Shown: positions 50,757 through 64,000 of the stretch, in pieces
Layout of the letters: each line of letters opens with the position of its first letter
How positions within the stretch are numbered: position 1 is the first letter of the stretch
NCBI GenBank assembly: GCA_973895155.1
Contig: OZ316892.1
Coordinates: 25,443,233-25,507,232, forward strand
Origin: Marsupella aquatica
Taxonomy: Eukaryota > Plantae > Marchantiophyta
Reading direction: 5' to 3'
DNA length: 64,000 nt
Position numbers and translations under genes: made by a program
Notes under the pieces: generated by a model
Told to the model about the DNA's origin: nothing
The model's input: the letters and a program-made list of their open reading frames with translations, nothing else
Databases searched by the model: none

Positions 50757-50955
50757 TGGATGCACTATACCCGTTTGCCGTGGAGGTCTTTGGAGCGCTG
50801 CACCCGACTTTTGACCAGTTCTTGCGCTCCTGTGCGGTTCATTATGTGGAGCGGAGGCCTTATCCACTTGTCTCTGTTATCACATCATTTTTTAGACAGA
50901 GGGTGTCCATTGCACTTCAGCGTGCACAGGCCTTCACTATCCTTGTAGAGGCAAG
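50757..50955 (+). mobile_element. Fragment of a non-LTR retrotransposon restriction-like endonuclease C-terminus (CRE/R2-type), followed by a T-rich tail to ~51240
   Basis: YPFAVEVFGALH...FDQFL...FFRQRVSIALQRAQAFTI matches the 'PfavE..G...qrisialqr.na..i' ending of RLE-type LINE ORFs. Confidence 0.6.
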
Positions 50956-53900
50956 GCGGTTGGAGTCCGGGCATCTAGTCGGATTCCATTGCTTGACCCC
51001 CCTATGCAGTTCACGACGGAGCTTTATCAGGCCCTTCACTTTGCCGTTGGGTAGTCTTTAGGTTTGTGTGTCCTTTGTTCTCCTTGGGCTGTGCCTGGGG
51101 TTTTTTGTTTTTGCTCTTTGGCCTTTTGGCCTTTTTTCTTGTTTTCCCTTGATTGGGTTTTTTGGCCTGTGGGATCCTGTCTCCCTGTTCAGCGCCTCCT
51201 GCTCTTTGGCAGTTTGATATACTTTTGTTGTGACAAGAGTGTAAATAAGCATCACAGGTTTCAATGATTGAGCTCAACCTTCCATCAATGCACATTGGCA
51301 GAGTCGAATGTTCGATTAAGGGACAACGAAATTTGCTCTGGTGCTTGATTTCAAAACCGTCTCGAACCATCAATACACGTTGCTACCCTGCTGCTTCATC
51401 ACCTGGAGGAATTACATTTTACGCTGAGTTCGTACGCCTCTCCTTAATCTTTTGCTTCCAGGGATGCTGGTCGTTTAGGAAGGCTCTCTTCGTACCCTAT
51501 AACCCAGGGATGCTGATCGTTTTGGATCTCTCTAAATCTTTGATTCCAAGAAAGCTGCACGAAGCTTCTCTTTATCTTCTCTGCTGCTCGACTTCAATGA
51601 ATGTTGCTTGATTTCATCTGAACGGTGGTTGTGCATTGAATGCTGCTCATGGTCAATGCTCGATTTCACCTGAATGCTGCTCATTCCCACCTGAATGCTG
51701 CTCGGTTTCCTCAGCCAGTCTCCAATGTGTGCATACGTCTTTAAACATTCCACACTCAGTAGGATAGATCACATGTTCAGGATCAAGAACTTCAGCACTT
51801 CAATCAGCTATGTCACTCAGAAACTGTTGAAGTCGTCTAATTAAAACCGTTTCAGTTTAATGACTTTTCGGGATCCAGAACAATTGATGAAACGATGCCT
51901 AGACTCCATGTGAATAACAAGTTGCCAGATGTACGATCATAAGTTTCCAGAAAGAATGAACTCGGAAACAACCTGGCCCTGAATCGACGAATTTAGAATT
52001 CCGTCATCCAAAAAGAATGATGTTGTTTGATCAAATTAGGAAAATGCAACGAACAGCCAAAGTGCTCTAAGTGGTCTGCAATTGACGCGACTGCATCCAT
52101 TTCACAATCAGCACCCTTTTGTTCATTGCAGGACCTGGATAACCCCGAAGACTGTGCAGTTGGCGTGGTCCCATGGTGTCCTCCTGGGAGAATTGACACA
52201 CTAGTGACAGAAAAGTTCCCTCCAGTGCAAGTACATCCGAAAGAGCTATCAGGAAAGGTACAGTCCATCCGGTCACCCTGTATATGCTCGCTTTTCCTCT
52301 CACTAGCCTGAATGCCCCCGAGCTCTGCTCATAAACGGATGGTGGGTACCATTGTGCCCATTTCCAGCTTCCCCAGGGTAGAGTTGCATGTCATAGTCAG
52401 GCCCTTAGCATGGCTTTCAATCATGCTTTATTAGATAGATATCCCATGCCCAATGCAATCATATAGAGTAATCTTTTCTGTTGATATAAGTTTCTGGTAC
52501 AGAGTGCGTTGGGCATGGGCACAGTTTTTACATGCTTATGAAACATGGCTCATTTATATTTCTTTTGAAACTGGAAGGAATTTATTGCAAAGCTACAGAA
52601 AACAAGCGCAAATAATGGCAGGAAGAGACTGAGGGACCTAGAGGCTGGAGCAGAAGAGCCGAGAACCAACACACAGATCTTGCCAATGGCACAAAAAGGG
52701 AGCAACAAGAGCTAAGGGGGGCCCTACAAGAGGGTGGGGGCCGTTCAATGTCTCTCCATCCAAAGCAAAGCTGATGGCCATTTCCTTACATAAACATTAA
52801 AATGCCTGAGCCAAATTTGTCAGGTCTAGAAATAATCAATGCAATTCCCTAAAAAGAAGGGGTACTTTACTCCAGTTTTTCTAGACTCCAAGAGGAGGTC
52901 GAAGCTTTTGACAAAATAGCATGCAAACATCAGCAAAAAAAGGGACCCACAAGGGGCCCACCAAGAGATGACTTGGTTTGGTAATGGTTTTGTTTGATTG
53001 TGCCCTCAAGTTCATATAAAGTGAAGGGTGGCCTGTTCCACCCCGGTTCCCACATATGAATGGCTAGGATTGCATCTCACACTGAAAAAAGGGAACTGCT
53101 GCCCCCAGGTTCTTGTGAAGCCACCCTAAATAAATGTCAGGAGACCAGTCCACTGAGGAAAGAAAAGTCCAGTCAAAAACATTTTTTGAATCATTTTATT
53201 GCCCCCAAGGTCTGGTAAAGCCCCCGGTAAAGCCAAGTGCAGCCAGTGGTACAAAATTAGTTTACTAAAAGACAGATTGAGGACCCACTCCACATGAATG
53301 TGACGTAGTCTTTGGCTTTTTAATGCAAACGACTTAAAATAGAAATGAACCAAGAGGCTAGAAGAAGAGACCCCAACAGAGGTGGTCTAAGGGTGGCTTT
53401 ACAAGCGGTTGGGGGCAGTTTAAACTTTTGTTTGGTCTCCAAGATCTGATCAGAGCCCTTGGGGGCAGTTTAGACTTTTGTTTGGTCTCCAAGATCTGAT
53501 CAGAGCCGTCCATTTGGGAGGAACTGCTGCTGTTCACTTTACAAAATGTTGGGGGCACTTTCAAACAAACCTCTTACCAATCCTACATGGAATGTAGTGG
53601 GGCCCAATTTTTGCTTAGGTGGAGCACTAGTTTGTCCCAGATTTTAGACCACCTCTCTTGGGGACCAAATTACACTACCACATATATGGAATGATATGAT
53701 TGTTGGTCAATCATGGGTTGATGTACTCAGTCTTATCTTACAATATCATGAGTAGTGACCATCTAACCTGAATCAAGTACATGACTTAGTAAACGTACCC
53801 TAGATCTAAGAATAAATGTCTAACAAATGAAACTTTAATGTGAATACATTTTGAATTGAATGAACATTATATCCAGTTATAGAACATCTTGTTTGGACAA

Positions 53901-56900
53901 AAACTAAAAAAATATTTTATTTTATTTTATTATTAAATATCCATTGTTCTCATAACTTTAAATCCTCTCAAGGCCATTTGAGATTCGTCCTCTAGTTGAG
54001 TCCTGGTAACGAAAGCAAAATATGAACTCCCATGAAATCTAGGTTTGTCTTAAAGTGTGAAGAAAGGAGAATACAATGAACAGTGTGGCAGTGAAAAATC
54101 TTTCAGGGATTAAAGTGCATTAACTGCTTGTTACGAGGGCATATGGGCAACTACCCCACAAAATGCTGAAAACAGAGCATTGCTATGTAAGTTGTATCCT
54201 TGTTTTGGCTAACCTCGAGCTAGTTGTGTCACTCATTGCTTCACTAGGTTGTGTCTCTCTCTTCATTTGATTCAATTTTGACTCACCCCAATTTAAACAA
54301 AACTGGACTTTGTAACATCCAAAATATATACATCTAAATAATAGAACAGATCATCTGACTATAGACTTATTTGTCAAATCAATAACAATACACATATTTA
54401 AATTTTCAAGGAATACACATATATAATTGGTTGATTGACACAATATTAGAAATAGGTATGAAATTATACTAATTTTATTTTTCATACTTCTTGTGATTTA
54501 ACTATTACTAATGCTTAAGGAAATCCAAAACTTGTCCAAAAGTCCAGTCTTGGACAAATGAAGGTATAGTTTACTATTATGCTTTGACTGTTTGAAGATT
54601 TAAACCATGATTTATTGCTTTACACCCTGCTCGACATTGTCTTCTCTGGGATTTCGTTGGTAGATTTCTGGTGTGTGAATTGTCATCCTCTGTTTTCCTC
54701 TTTAATTTGGGCTCCCCTTGGATGCCTGCTGGCAATGAGGAGTTTGAAAATGTGGTTAATCTATGCTTGTAGGGTTCGTGTATTCAGTTTCAAAACAGAA
54801 ACCTGCCCTTACACTGAATTTTGTTGTTAGACTTATGCCACTAGACAAGGGCGTTACAGTTTACAGCATTTCATACTGTCTAAGTCCACACCTGGAGCCA
54901 ACGCAGTGTTTAAAGTGGCTAATAAATTGCATTGCTGCAAGAGGGAAAGCCCTGATAAGCTCTCCTATGAATCTCCCAATAAAAAAATCTGTCGTAGCAG
55001 GTTAGACAAGAATCTTATCGAGTAAAATATCCCACCAATTCTCTTAACTCAGTGTGCTTGCAAATCCTCTCTCGCCAAGATTTTTATGTACTTCAAGACA
55101 AGAAGCCCAGGTCTCACTTTCTAGCCACGTGGATGAGTTCAAGCGGTCCTTATTAAAGAATCAATTATGTAAATGAGTTCAAGCGGTCCTTATTAGAGAA
55201 TCAATTTGTAAGGTAACGTGTAAAACAATACAAAAATGAAGGCAGATGGGGACAAAAGGAGAAGGGGCAGAGGGGGCATGAAAAACTACCTCAACCTCCC
55301 ACCCTAGATTACTTAAAGGCAAGTTAGTGGAGGAGACTACTATAAGTCACCTGACCTTCAAAATGGCATTTGTTTTGATTAAATTTGGAATGGCATCTTT
55401 CAAATGAATTATCTTTATTTAAGTGCCGATTCTCATAAGGGAAATTTTCCTTTGTATTGCTGTCCACTCACAGTTGTGCGACACTATTGGAGGGAGAACT
55501 TATTTTTCCTCAGTCACCATTTACCGCTCCCTGTGCCCTCCCTTTCTGTCCTCTAGCTTGCCCCTGCTTGTTATTTTGCTCCATGGCCCTCCCTTGCTCC
55601 ATAACCCTTTTTTCTTCCCACCACCCCCCCCCCCCCCCCCCCACCCCCCCCCACCCCACCACAACACACCATTACAAAAATAGAAGAGTAAACAGGGAGG
55701 AAAACAGAGCATTAGCATGCACAGAGAAAATTCCCCTCCTCCATAGCAAAAAAACCAAAACTCTTTCTTGCCAATGTAGTTCTCATGGATTAGTGTCTTA
55801 CCCCAAACACAACGCCATGACATTATATTCAAAGAAGTGGGCCATGGGAAGCTCTATTCAAATAGTGCACCAGGGGCACTGTGTAGAGTGAACTCGAGAG
55901 TGAAGACATAGGCTTTGATTTGTTTGCTAATTTGTTGCCCTTTGTGATTTTTCTCTTCAATTGTATTTTTTGGGGTATTATTGGAGAACTTCATGCATTT
56001 CTTGGATTTCTGATGCCAACCCTTCCAAGGGTTTGATCAAGTACTAAATCCATTCTGGTGGTCCATCAAGTCAAGTCCATAAGATGCTCGAGGGGTCTCG
56101 TTAAGTCCTTTCCTCTTCCCTAACCCTTTTATTATCTCCAAACCTGACATTTGGCTCAGTCATTTTAACTTTAGTATATGCAACTGGCTGGGCCCCCCAT
56201 AATCACGACGTACGTTATTCTTGGAGCACAAGAAACGTCATCCCAGCCACTGTCACAGAATCGGAGCTTGACCGTCTCGCTCTCCATTCTGAATTTCTGA
56301 TGCTCACAACCACTGTAGCTTTCCATAGCTTCCAACGAGGCTATGGGTTGGTGGCCCGCCTCTCTTTGTGGGTTACTTTACTGTTCTTTTGTTGCTCTTG
56401 CAGACTTGCAGACTTGCAGTACAGCAATTCCCTTTTCAGGCTTTTAAAATAATGCTGTCTGAGGCTGGAATTGAATGGAAGAAGACGGAAGAGATGCTGA
56501 AGCAATCCCTCGAAACTTCATGGCGTTGTGAAGCGAGGTGGACCATCATCGCGCTTGGTCTGGAGTCCCCACGATTGAACGCAGGACTGGGCTTTTCAGC
56601 TGTCGGGGAGATCTCTTTGGACATACCTGCAGAGTGAAGGGGGGCTACAGTGCTTCTGGAAGCATGTTTCAGAAGGGTGGGGGGCGTTTCGGAGAAAGAG
56701 AAAGGAAGAAGTGTGGGAAATGAGGGAGGGGGGGTTCTTTTGTGAAATAGGTTCGGCTTTCGCGTGAGACCCAAGCGAAGTTTTGGAGAAACTGTGACTT
56801 CTCGCTGTAAAAGAATCTGAATTGGATCCAATTTGTGTTATATTTAGAGATTGCTAGAGACTGTTCTGCATCTGTGGGTTAGAGACGGAGAGATTTAAGC

Positions 56901-57065
56901 AGAGAGTAAAAGAGGGGAAGAGATAGAGCGGGTGTGCGACAATCGGTCATACGAAGGATACGAATTGGAGATTCAAATCGTGTATACGAGACTGGTACCA
57001 TTCTGCGTTTGTGGGTTAGAGCGAGAGAGAGAGAGAGGGGCATGCGATACTCTGTCATACGGAGG

Positions 57066-60000
57066 ATGGCAGAAACGGCAAAATCAAAGAGCACTTCTTC
57101 GGCGGCAGCAGCAGCAGCAGCAGGAGAAGTCCAGACGACCCTTAAGACCACGGAGGTGCGGACGGACAGCGATGGCCACACATCGACGAAGTCATGGAAG
57201 CAATACTTTCGGTGGAGTCCCACTTCCAAGGAAGACATTGTTGGTGCCGAGGAGCGCCTCCTCAACGCTTTGGTCAAGTGGGTGCCTTCTTCCTCCCCGG
57301 TCGCCCTTTGGTTCCAACAATTATTTCCTAAGATGTGATAGCCCCAATCTTGTCAATTACGTTGAATCCCGGCATGATCCAAGCAATAGCCCTGGATGGA
57401 GTCCCTAGAAAGACGAATTCCTGCCGCCGACGTGGGACTGAATGGATGCCGGTTCCCCCGGCTTCGTCACAATTACCATGTGCAGCTACTTTGTTTCCTC
57501 TGCAGTTGTCTCTGGTTTCTGAAACAAGTTTAGGCAGGCGACAAATCTCAAAACTTCTCAATTTCTCAATTTCTCAATTTCATGGTCAAGATTGCAGCAT
57601 ATGAACCTTACACCATCCAGGTCACGGAGGCCGTACAGCATTGGGTTTGAGTTTTTTTCGGTAGGATTCTGCAGTCGGCGCATGAGCTTTGAGTACGGTA
57701 ATCCGTTGTGGAACTCGTTTTGGTAAGAGGATTTCGAGGAAACAGGGGGTATTGAGACAAGGCGAACATTACATACCGGTGTTGCCGTTGGCTACTTACT
57801 CTCCAGAGTACCGAAACCTTAGGTTGAGGCGCATAGAGCGCGCGTAGCAATTCTTCGCATATCCTGAAGTTCCACAGAGCTGGGTACTATCTTGCTTACG
57901 TAAGGTGCTTGGCATAGTTTGAGGTGGCCACGCAGTACCAATGGAACCAATTGGCTGTTGGATAACGTTTTGGCTGAACTAAAAGCCTGCGAGGCAGGTG
58001 GCGGTCAGCCGGAAGATATTGTACCCCACAGAATGACAAAACGAAGTAATGTGTGAATTGGATTCAGTACACATAATTAGGAATTATGTTGACATACTTT
58101 TCCTCATTGATTATACTGTTTGTTTACAGGACTCCTTACGTTCAAGAGCAGGTGAATATTGGGTCCGGGCCACCTGGGTCTGCTGTTAGATGGTTTCGAT
58201 CAGTGAGCGATAAGCCGCGATTTATAAATACCATCACATTCGATAAAGCGGGACCAGACGCACCAACACTTGTCATGGTGCATGGATATGGTGCTGCTCA
58301 AGGTTTTTTTTTCAGAAACTACGATGCACTTGCAGAGCGATTTCGAGTGCTCGCGATTGATCAGATTGGGTATGACCTCTACATTCACAAATTTAGTCGG
58401 CCAATATTGTCTTTGAACAAGCTTCAAAACAAAAAAAGCAGCAAATGCGGCCATATACTTCTGTGAGAGGAATATAAATCATTGGACTAGCTAATGAATG
58501 CATGAGAGAACTTTGTGAGAATTGTCTACATTTCTTGCAATCGGAAGTTTAGATCTTACAAACAGCATTTGAGCTTGACATTTATTTTCTCGTTTTACCA
58601 CATTTTGCGAAGCGTGTATTGTGTTGGGATTGATCTGTTTGAAAATGTATGAACGTATCAGATGGGGTGCCTCCAGCCGACCTGATTTCACTTGTAAGAG
58701 CACCGAAGGTAATTCCGTTTCCGGGTGTTCATGAACACTCTAAAACTGCAGTATTTGACGTTTGTTTTGGGAATTTGATTTGGTTTTGTGCCGTGTTGCT
58801 CATGATTCCTATGGTGTTTCAACGAGTGGGCATGGTAGTAACATGAAGTGCTCTGTATATCTGCAGAAACCGAATCATGGTTCGTTGATTCATTGGAAGA
58901 ATGGCGGAAGGCGAAAGGCTTGGATAAATTTATTCTGCTGGGACACTCTTTAGGAGGATATGTCTGCTCTCGCTATGCCCTAAAGGTAGATTCTGTGGTT
59001 TCTTCCTGCAGCTGTTCCCGGTTACTGTGAAGGTTACGTTAAATCTGTTTTTTTTGGTTGAGGCTGAGTTGTGAGTTTTTCTTGGAACAGCATCCAGAGC
59101 ACGTGGAGCATCTTGTTTTGGTTGGCACTGCTGGGTTCTCAGTTGAAGAGGACCGGATGCTAAAGTTTCGGCAGACTTGGAAGGGAGTTATTGCAAACGC
59201 AGTTTGGGAGTCTAACTTCACCCCACAAAAAGTAGTGAGGTATTTGCCATTTAATAAGCCCTGTCTTCAGCCTCAAGAGCGGGATCTCTTGGACGTTCAG
59301 AGGCTTTGTGTTGCAGCCTAGCAGTATGTTAAATAGTATTTACACTACCTGTTCACTGGAAAGAAACTGATCATTATATATGATTTGTCTATATGCAGAA
59401 CCTTGGGGCCATTGGGTCCACAAATAGTACGAAAGTATACGGGGGCCAGATTTGGTACATATGCTTCAGGGTTGGTTTTAGCAAAACAGGAGTCAAGTCT
59501 CCTCTCTGGTGAGCATTGGACTTTTGCGTTGATACTTGTCTAGTCCGAAAAACAAGTGTGCAGGGTTTTCCTGTTATTGCTTTCCATTGAAGCAATCATT
59601 GTGATTAGAATTTTGGTGAGGGTGGTTGGACTGTCTTGTCCAAAGTTTGCGCGGCAAATATGAATAATTTTGTCATGTTCTCTTTAATTTGACAGATTAC
59701 ATTTTCCATACGTTGGCTGCGCGACCGAGTGGAGAACTGTGTCTTAAGTATATATTTTCTCTAGGAGCGTTTGCCCGTCTACCACTCACCCAAAGGTTTG
59801 CTACTACCCTATGCTTTGGATGCCTTTTTCTATTCCTAGATACCCAGGATGAGATGGCAAAGAATATTTCAGAGGCAGTATTTTAGTTTCAGTCTGTTTC
59901 ATCTGTCATGATTTGTGACCAATCGTCCCTGCTTATCCAGTGCCCCAGATTGGAAAGTGCCTACAAGTTTTATATACGGAACGGAAGATTGGATGAATTG

Positions 60001-60460
60001 GCGTGGAGCACAGCAAGCAGTTGAGCTGATGAAAGTACCCACAGAGATAATTCGGGTTCCTCAGGTTAGGATCTATGTGCTCAAGCTTCAAGGTTTGTGG
60101 CGGATAGTAACGTGCATTAATTGTTGACAATGCACGCACTCGATGTACGTATTTTTTAGTGTTTCATGCCGTGTATACCTACAACACCAACAAGTAGTGG
60201 ATATAGACTGACTTTAGCTGCAAAGTTTGCTGGTCAAATTGGCTAATTCTAGGGCTGGTCCCCTTTTCTTGCAGGGTGGACATTTTGTATTTATGGACAA
60301 TCCAGAATTGTTTCATGCTGCAGTCGTGTATTCTTGCCGGAAGTATTTTGCGACCAAACCTGACGATCCGGTGCATGATTTGCCAGAGGGTCTTATTGTC
60401 CCACCTCGGTTAGCCGCAGAAATGGCTGCTAATGAGAGTGAGCCCAATGTGAGATCGTAA
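57066..60460 (+). CDS. ABHD4/5 (CGI-58)-like alpha/beta hydrolase / lysophosphatidic acid acyltransferase; exons 57066-57277, 58130-58369, 58662-58708, 58867-58985, 59091-59239, 59399-59508, 59696-59795, 59941-60064, 60275-60460
   Basis: MVHGYGAAQGFFFRN, GWGASSRPDF, GHSLG (GxSxG) and HFVFMD (HX4D). All introns are GT-AG and phase-compatible. An alternative in-frame ATG lies at 57042. Confidence 0.95.
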
Positions 60461-61888
60461 TTGCCATCTGACGTAATTATTACACCCACCTCTGTACATA
60501 GCAATTAGTGCCCCATTTTGCAGTACTGCTTATTACAACTCATTAATTTATTTTAGAAAGGTAGTCTTGATTTTTCCTTCTATTGAGGATGTCTTGACAC
60601 CTTAAACACGTATGAAGTTATGTAGTGGTTCTTTGTGGGAAAGGATGCGACTATTTCGTTTCCTTTTGGCCCTACTGAAAACGCACTGTGGTGACGACAC
60701 TGGGGACCTGGGCTTGCCGAAAACGGTTGTAGAGAATTGTCTCAATCCACAGAGAAGTCGTTGTACTTACATTCAGCTGAGTTTCTCTTTCACCTAGAGA
60801 TTAATGCAGACTTTCTTTGCCAGGGTGATTGTTTTACCGGTCTATTAACAGATCTACACGGTGAGTTCATGGATAGGTTAGGGTGCCGTAGCACTGGCAG
60901 GGACACCACAGCAATCCAGTGTTTGACCCAGACGTATGGTACTTCATTGTCAGAGATGGATTGCAGAGGGAGGCTGTACCGTAGATTCTAGCACTCAGTG
61001 TCCGGAAGGAAAAGGTAGCGAAGGCCTGCTCTTTGAAATATTTGTTATGTTCGTCAGGTACCATCATTATTGCAGGTATTGAAACTTGTAATTCAATGGA
61101 TAGTGCACAGATGAACCATTTTATATGATGTGATGGGGATTCATTCTAATGCCACTCTTCTGAATCGAAGATGATCAGAGTGGAGAAGAAAAAATCTCAC
61201 TCTGAATGCACTTCCACCTATTCCATGCTTTTATTACTCAATATCGACCACAGACAAGTGACTTGAAATCATCAATCACCACGCAACAAAACAAAACAAG
61301 TATCAAGATATACCATCATTAAGATCTGCAATGCCCTAGTCGAGCTTGGCCAGGATCAAGAATATTTTAAAGTCGTCAACTACCCTCGGACTCTTGAAGT
61401 AGTCTGCTTCACCTTCAATGAATTGTATTGGCTTCTAGTATAACTACCTCATGCTTTCCTCAAATGAGGTAAACTTCAAGAAAACCCTCCAAAGTATCTT
61501 TATTTCCGTCGACTCAGATCTCTTACAACAAGTTATTGCGATGGACCATCTATGTTACATGTCAGTCCAATGAATTCATTATTTGGTGCGTAATATGCTA
61601 CATGTGTGTACATGCTCATAAATTGCACATCTTCCAATCTCTGGCTCTATTTTAGAAAATTTCTTGAGGGTCTAGACAACCCGTTTGAGGCCTTACTGTC
61701 GCAATCACCAGGTGCTGTCAGGTTTGCTAGAAAGATTTCAAGTGGTGTCGACGACGACAGTAGTGCTGACCAGAGTTTAATGCCCAAAACATGCCTGTCT
61801 AGTTATGATGCACCTTGTAATTGGTATCCACTTTGTTGCTCGTATCTCATAAAAAACGAGATATCGCCGAGAGGAAGAATTTTGCCAA

Positions 61889-64000
61889 TCAGCGGAGTAT
61901 GAATACGAGGTCTTTCAATTCTAGCGGTTCATGAGGTGGGGGATTGGTGAAAACGTAGGAGACGAGCGACCCATGTGCAGTAACTGGTCGATACAGTCCA
62001 AGCGCGAGCACGTGATCGCGTCTTAGAAGCCCTGTAAACAGTTGCCCAAAAGTTTGGCTCAGGTAGGGCTTGGGCACTGCGATCTGATCCAGAACTCTCA
62101 CTTGGTTTCCTTCTGCGTTATCATAGAGGACCTTGCCTCCTGAAATCAGTTGCTCGACGATAGACACTGTGCTCCGATTAAAGAATGACGCATACCTACA
62201 TCGAAAGTTTACCTTGTAAGTAAGCACTGAACCCTTACGTGTAAATTTGCCTCAATTTTGAAGTATCCCTGACATTGGATGTGCCAAAGTACCTCTAGTT
62301 ATTTTGAATCTTCAGGGTTTGGAATTCTAAAATTGCAGAATGTGAAGCGGTACTTAAGTAAAATCTTAAAGTTCTTCTCATGGATCTGTTTGGAAAATGA
62401 GAAAGCAGATGCAGGTGCAAAATAACTATTTACAAAGTTTTATATAATTTATATAATTCCATAAAATGACAGTAAACATAGATATGTTGATTCATCGATA
62501 GTTTTGTAAGATTATGGATGAACGTGATCTATGATTCTTTGGGTTGCGATGGTGGTTTAACTTAAGAGTGCAGGACATTGAAACGAGAGTTTAAGCGAGG
62601 GTATGTTAAGTACACAGATCTGTCATAAAATAGTGTCAAACTTTGATACCTTTGTTCAAGAAACTATCAACGAAACGGATGATTGAATATTGTTACGTAC
62701 TGTACTATGCATATCAGTATTATTCGACGAGGACTTACATGAGGAACGCGAGTGTTTGAGGACAGAAGGTTTTCCCTTCGATATATGGTGGGGCAAATTG
62801 AAATGTACCCACGCGATTTCGCTGGTACATTTCAGAAAAGAACTGGCGTTGATCAATGAACAGCTTCGGTCGAAGGTACTGAAATGCTGCCTCTTGTTGC
62901 AATTCTACAATTATACGTTCTCTGACCGGCTTCAGCAGCCTTTCCACAGTAGCAGCGATTATTATGTTGTTTACATCCTGTGTGGAGGTTCCCGGAGCTA
63001 GTACTGTTTGTTCCGTATCATTGGCAACTTCTCCATGCTCATCGAAATGGCTACGAGATGTCAAAATCACCACTTTCACTGCATGCAAGAGTGGATGCAC
63101 GAACTGAATTTGTAAGTTTTGTAAGTGTACAAAGAGTGAATGGACAAGCCATCTAACTTTGAATACTTCTTTAACAAGAATAATGCATGCCTCGAATTGT
63201 GGATTGAAGGGTATTGCCACCCCGGCCAGAGAATAGTTCTGAAACCTCTTATATGCCTGGTTGTAGAACAAGATTCTGATTACATGACTCGGATTGTGGA
63301 TTGAAGGGCATGGACGCCGCTGCCAGAACAAAAAATTCCAACCTCTTATTACCTGCTTGTAGAACTCCTGCACGAACGAGATCCAGTTCGTAAATAGGAG
63401 ACCCCTGCACGAAGTACACCTCTTCGAACATTCCCACACACCCCCAGTCTGCGGCAGTTGGCTCACTGGGGTGCAAAATAACGATGGGTGTTAAGTTTGG
63501 GAAAAGTTCTCTGGAATGTGAACAAAAGTAAAAGAAGTTGACAGGCCATTGGCCTTGCATGCACACGAGAATATGCGATGTATTCAGTTTGACCATAGAG
63601 ACTGTATGGTTTTTCAGATGCTCTAAAATGTCATTTGCTCTTCTCTCCAAAATAGGTGGATCTGGTTTGTGTTCGTTGTTCAAAGGTGGCCAACTCATTG
63701 CCAAATCGATTGCCTCCTCCAATGAGCTAATTTGTTGGGGTTGGGGCTCGCTGGCATCGTCATCTGTATCCTCAGGTTTGGAGCTTGACGAAGACGAGTG
63801 GAGATTGAGGAAGTGGTTCTGCAAGTTGCTCACACTCTGGAGTAAACCTTGAGTGGGGCTGGATGTTCGTCTCTCCTTCTTGATCTCTTCTGCTCTGCTC
63901 ATGATGACTGTGTAGTCATTATTCTCCTCGCCCAAGCTGTTTCTGTAGCGCTTGCTTTTGACATGATGCAGTGATGCCATATCCGTTAGTCCAGAGCGCT
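61889..64000 (-). CDS. BK/Slo-type potassium channel, C-terminal RCK2 region (partial); exons ..64000-63353, 63078-62739, 62195-61889
   Basis: HILVC, PIVILHP, VYFVQGSPIYELDLVRAGV, IIVEL, PPYIEGK, YASFFN..VEQLISGG, TFGQLF, LALGLYR and YVFTNPP...DLVFIL are characteristic of Slo C-termini. Confidence 0.88.

Noticed and set aside
55423-55891. Pro-rich ORFs around a poly-C tract
   Set aside because: Homopolymer artefact.

Overview
Eukaryotic land-plant DNA with GT-AG introns. It is probably not an angiosperm, because it carries a BK/Slo-type K+ channel. Host genes: a frameshifted SAMDC with its conserved upstream ORF (left edge), a divergent F-box protein, two degenerate U2 snRNA copies, an intronless membrane protein, a papain-family protease, an ABHD5/CGI-58-like hydrolase and the 3' end of the BK channel. 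Two complete but decayed Ty1/copia elements are present (3799-10530 and 20809-36797). The main find is a 9.3-kb TIR DNA transposon (23897-33239) nested in the integrase region of the second copia. It has perfect 19-bp inverted-repeat cores, a 4-5 bp TSD and an uninterrupted spliced ~1111-aa Sola-like transposase. It also carries a divergent, intron-containing gene that fuses a ParB/Srx-like domain to a prokaryote-type beta-class N6-adenine/N4-cytosine DNA methyltransferase, disabled in this copy. At least six copies of the 16-bp palindrome TTCATGAATTCATGAA lie inside this element, reminiscent of parS-type sites. All family assignments come from motif recognition by eye; no database search was run.
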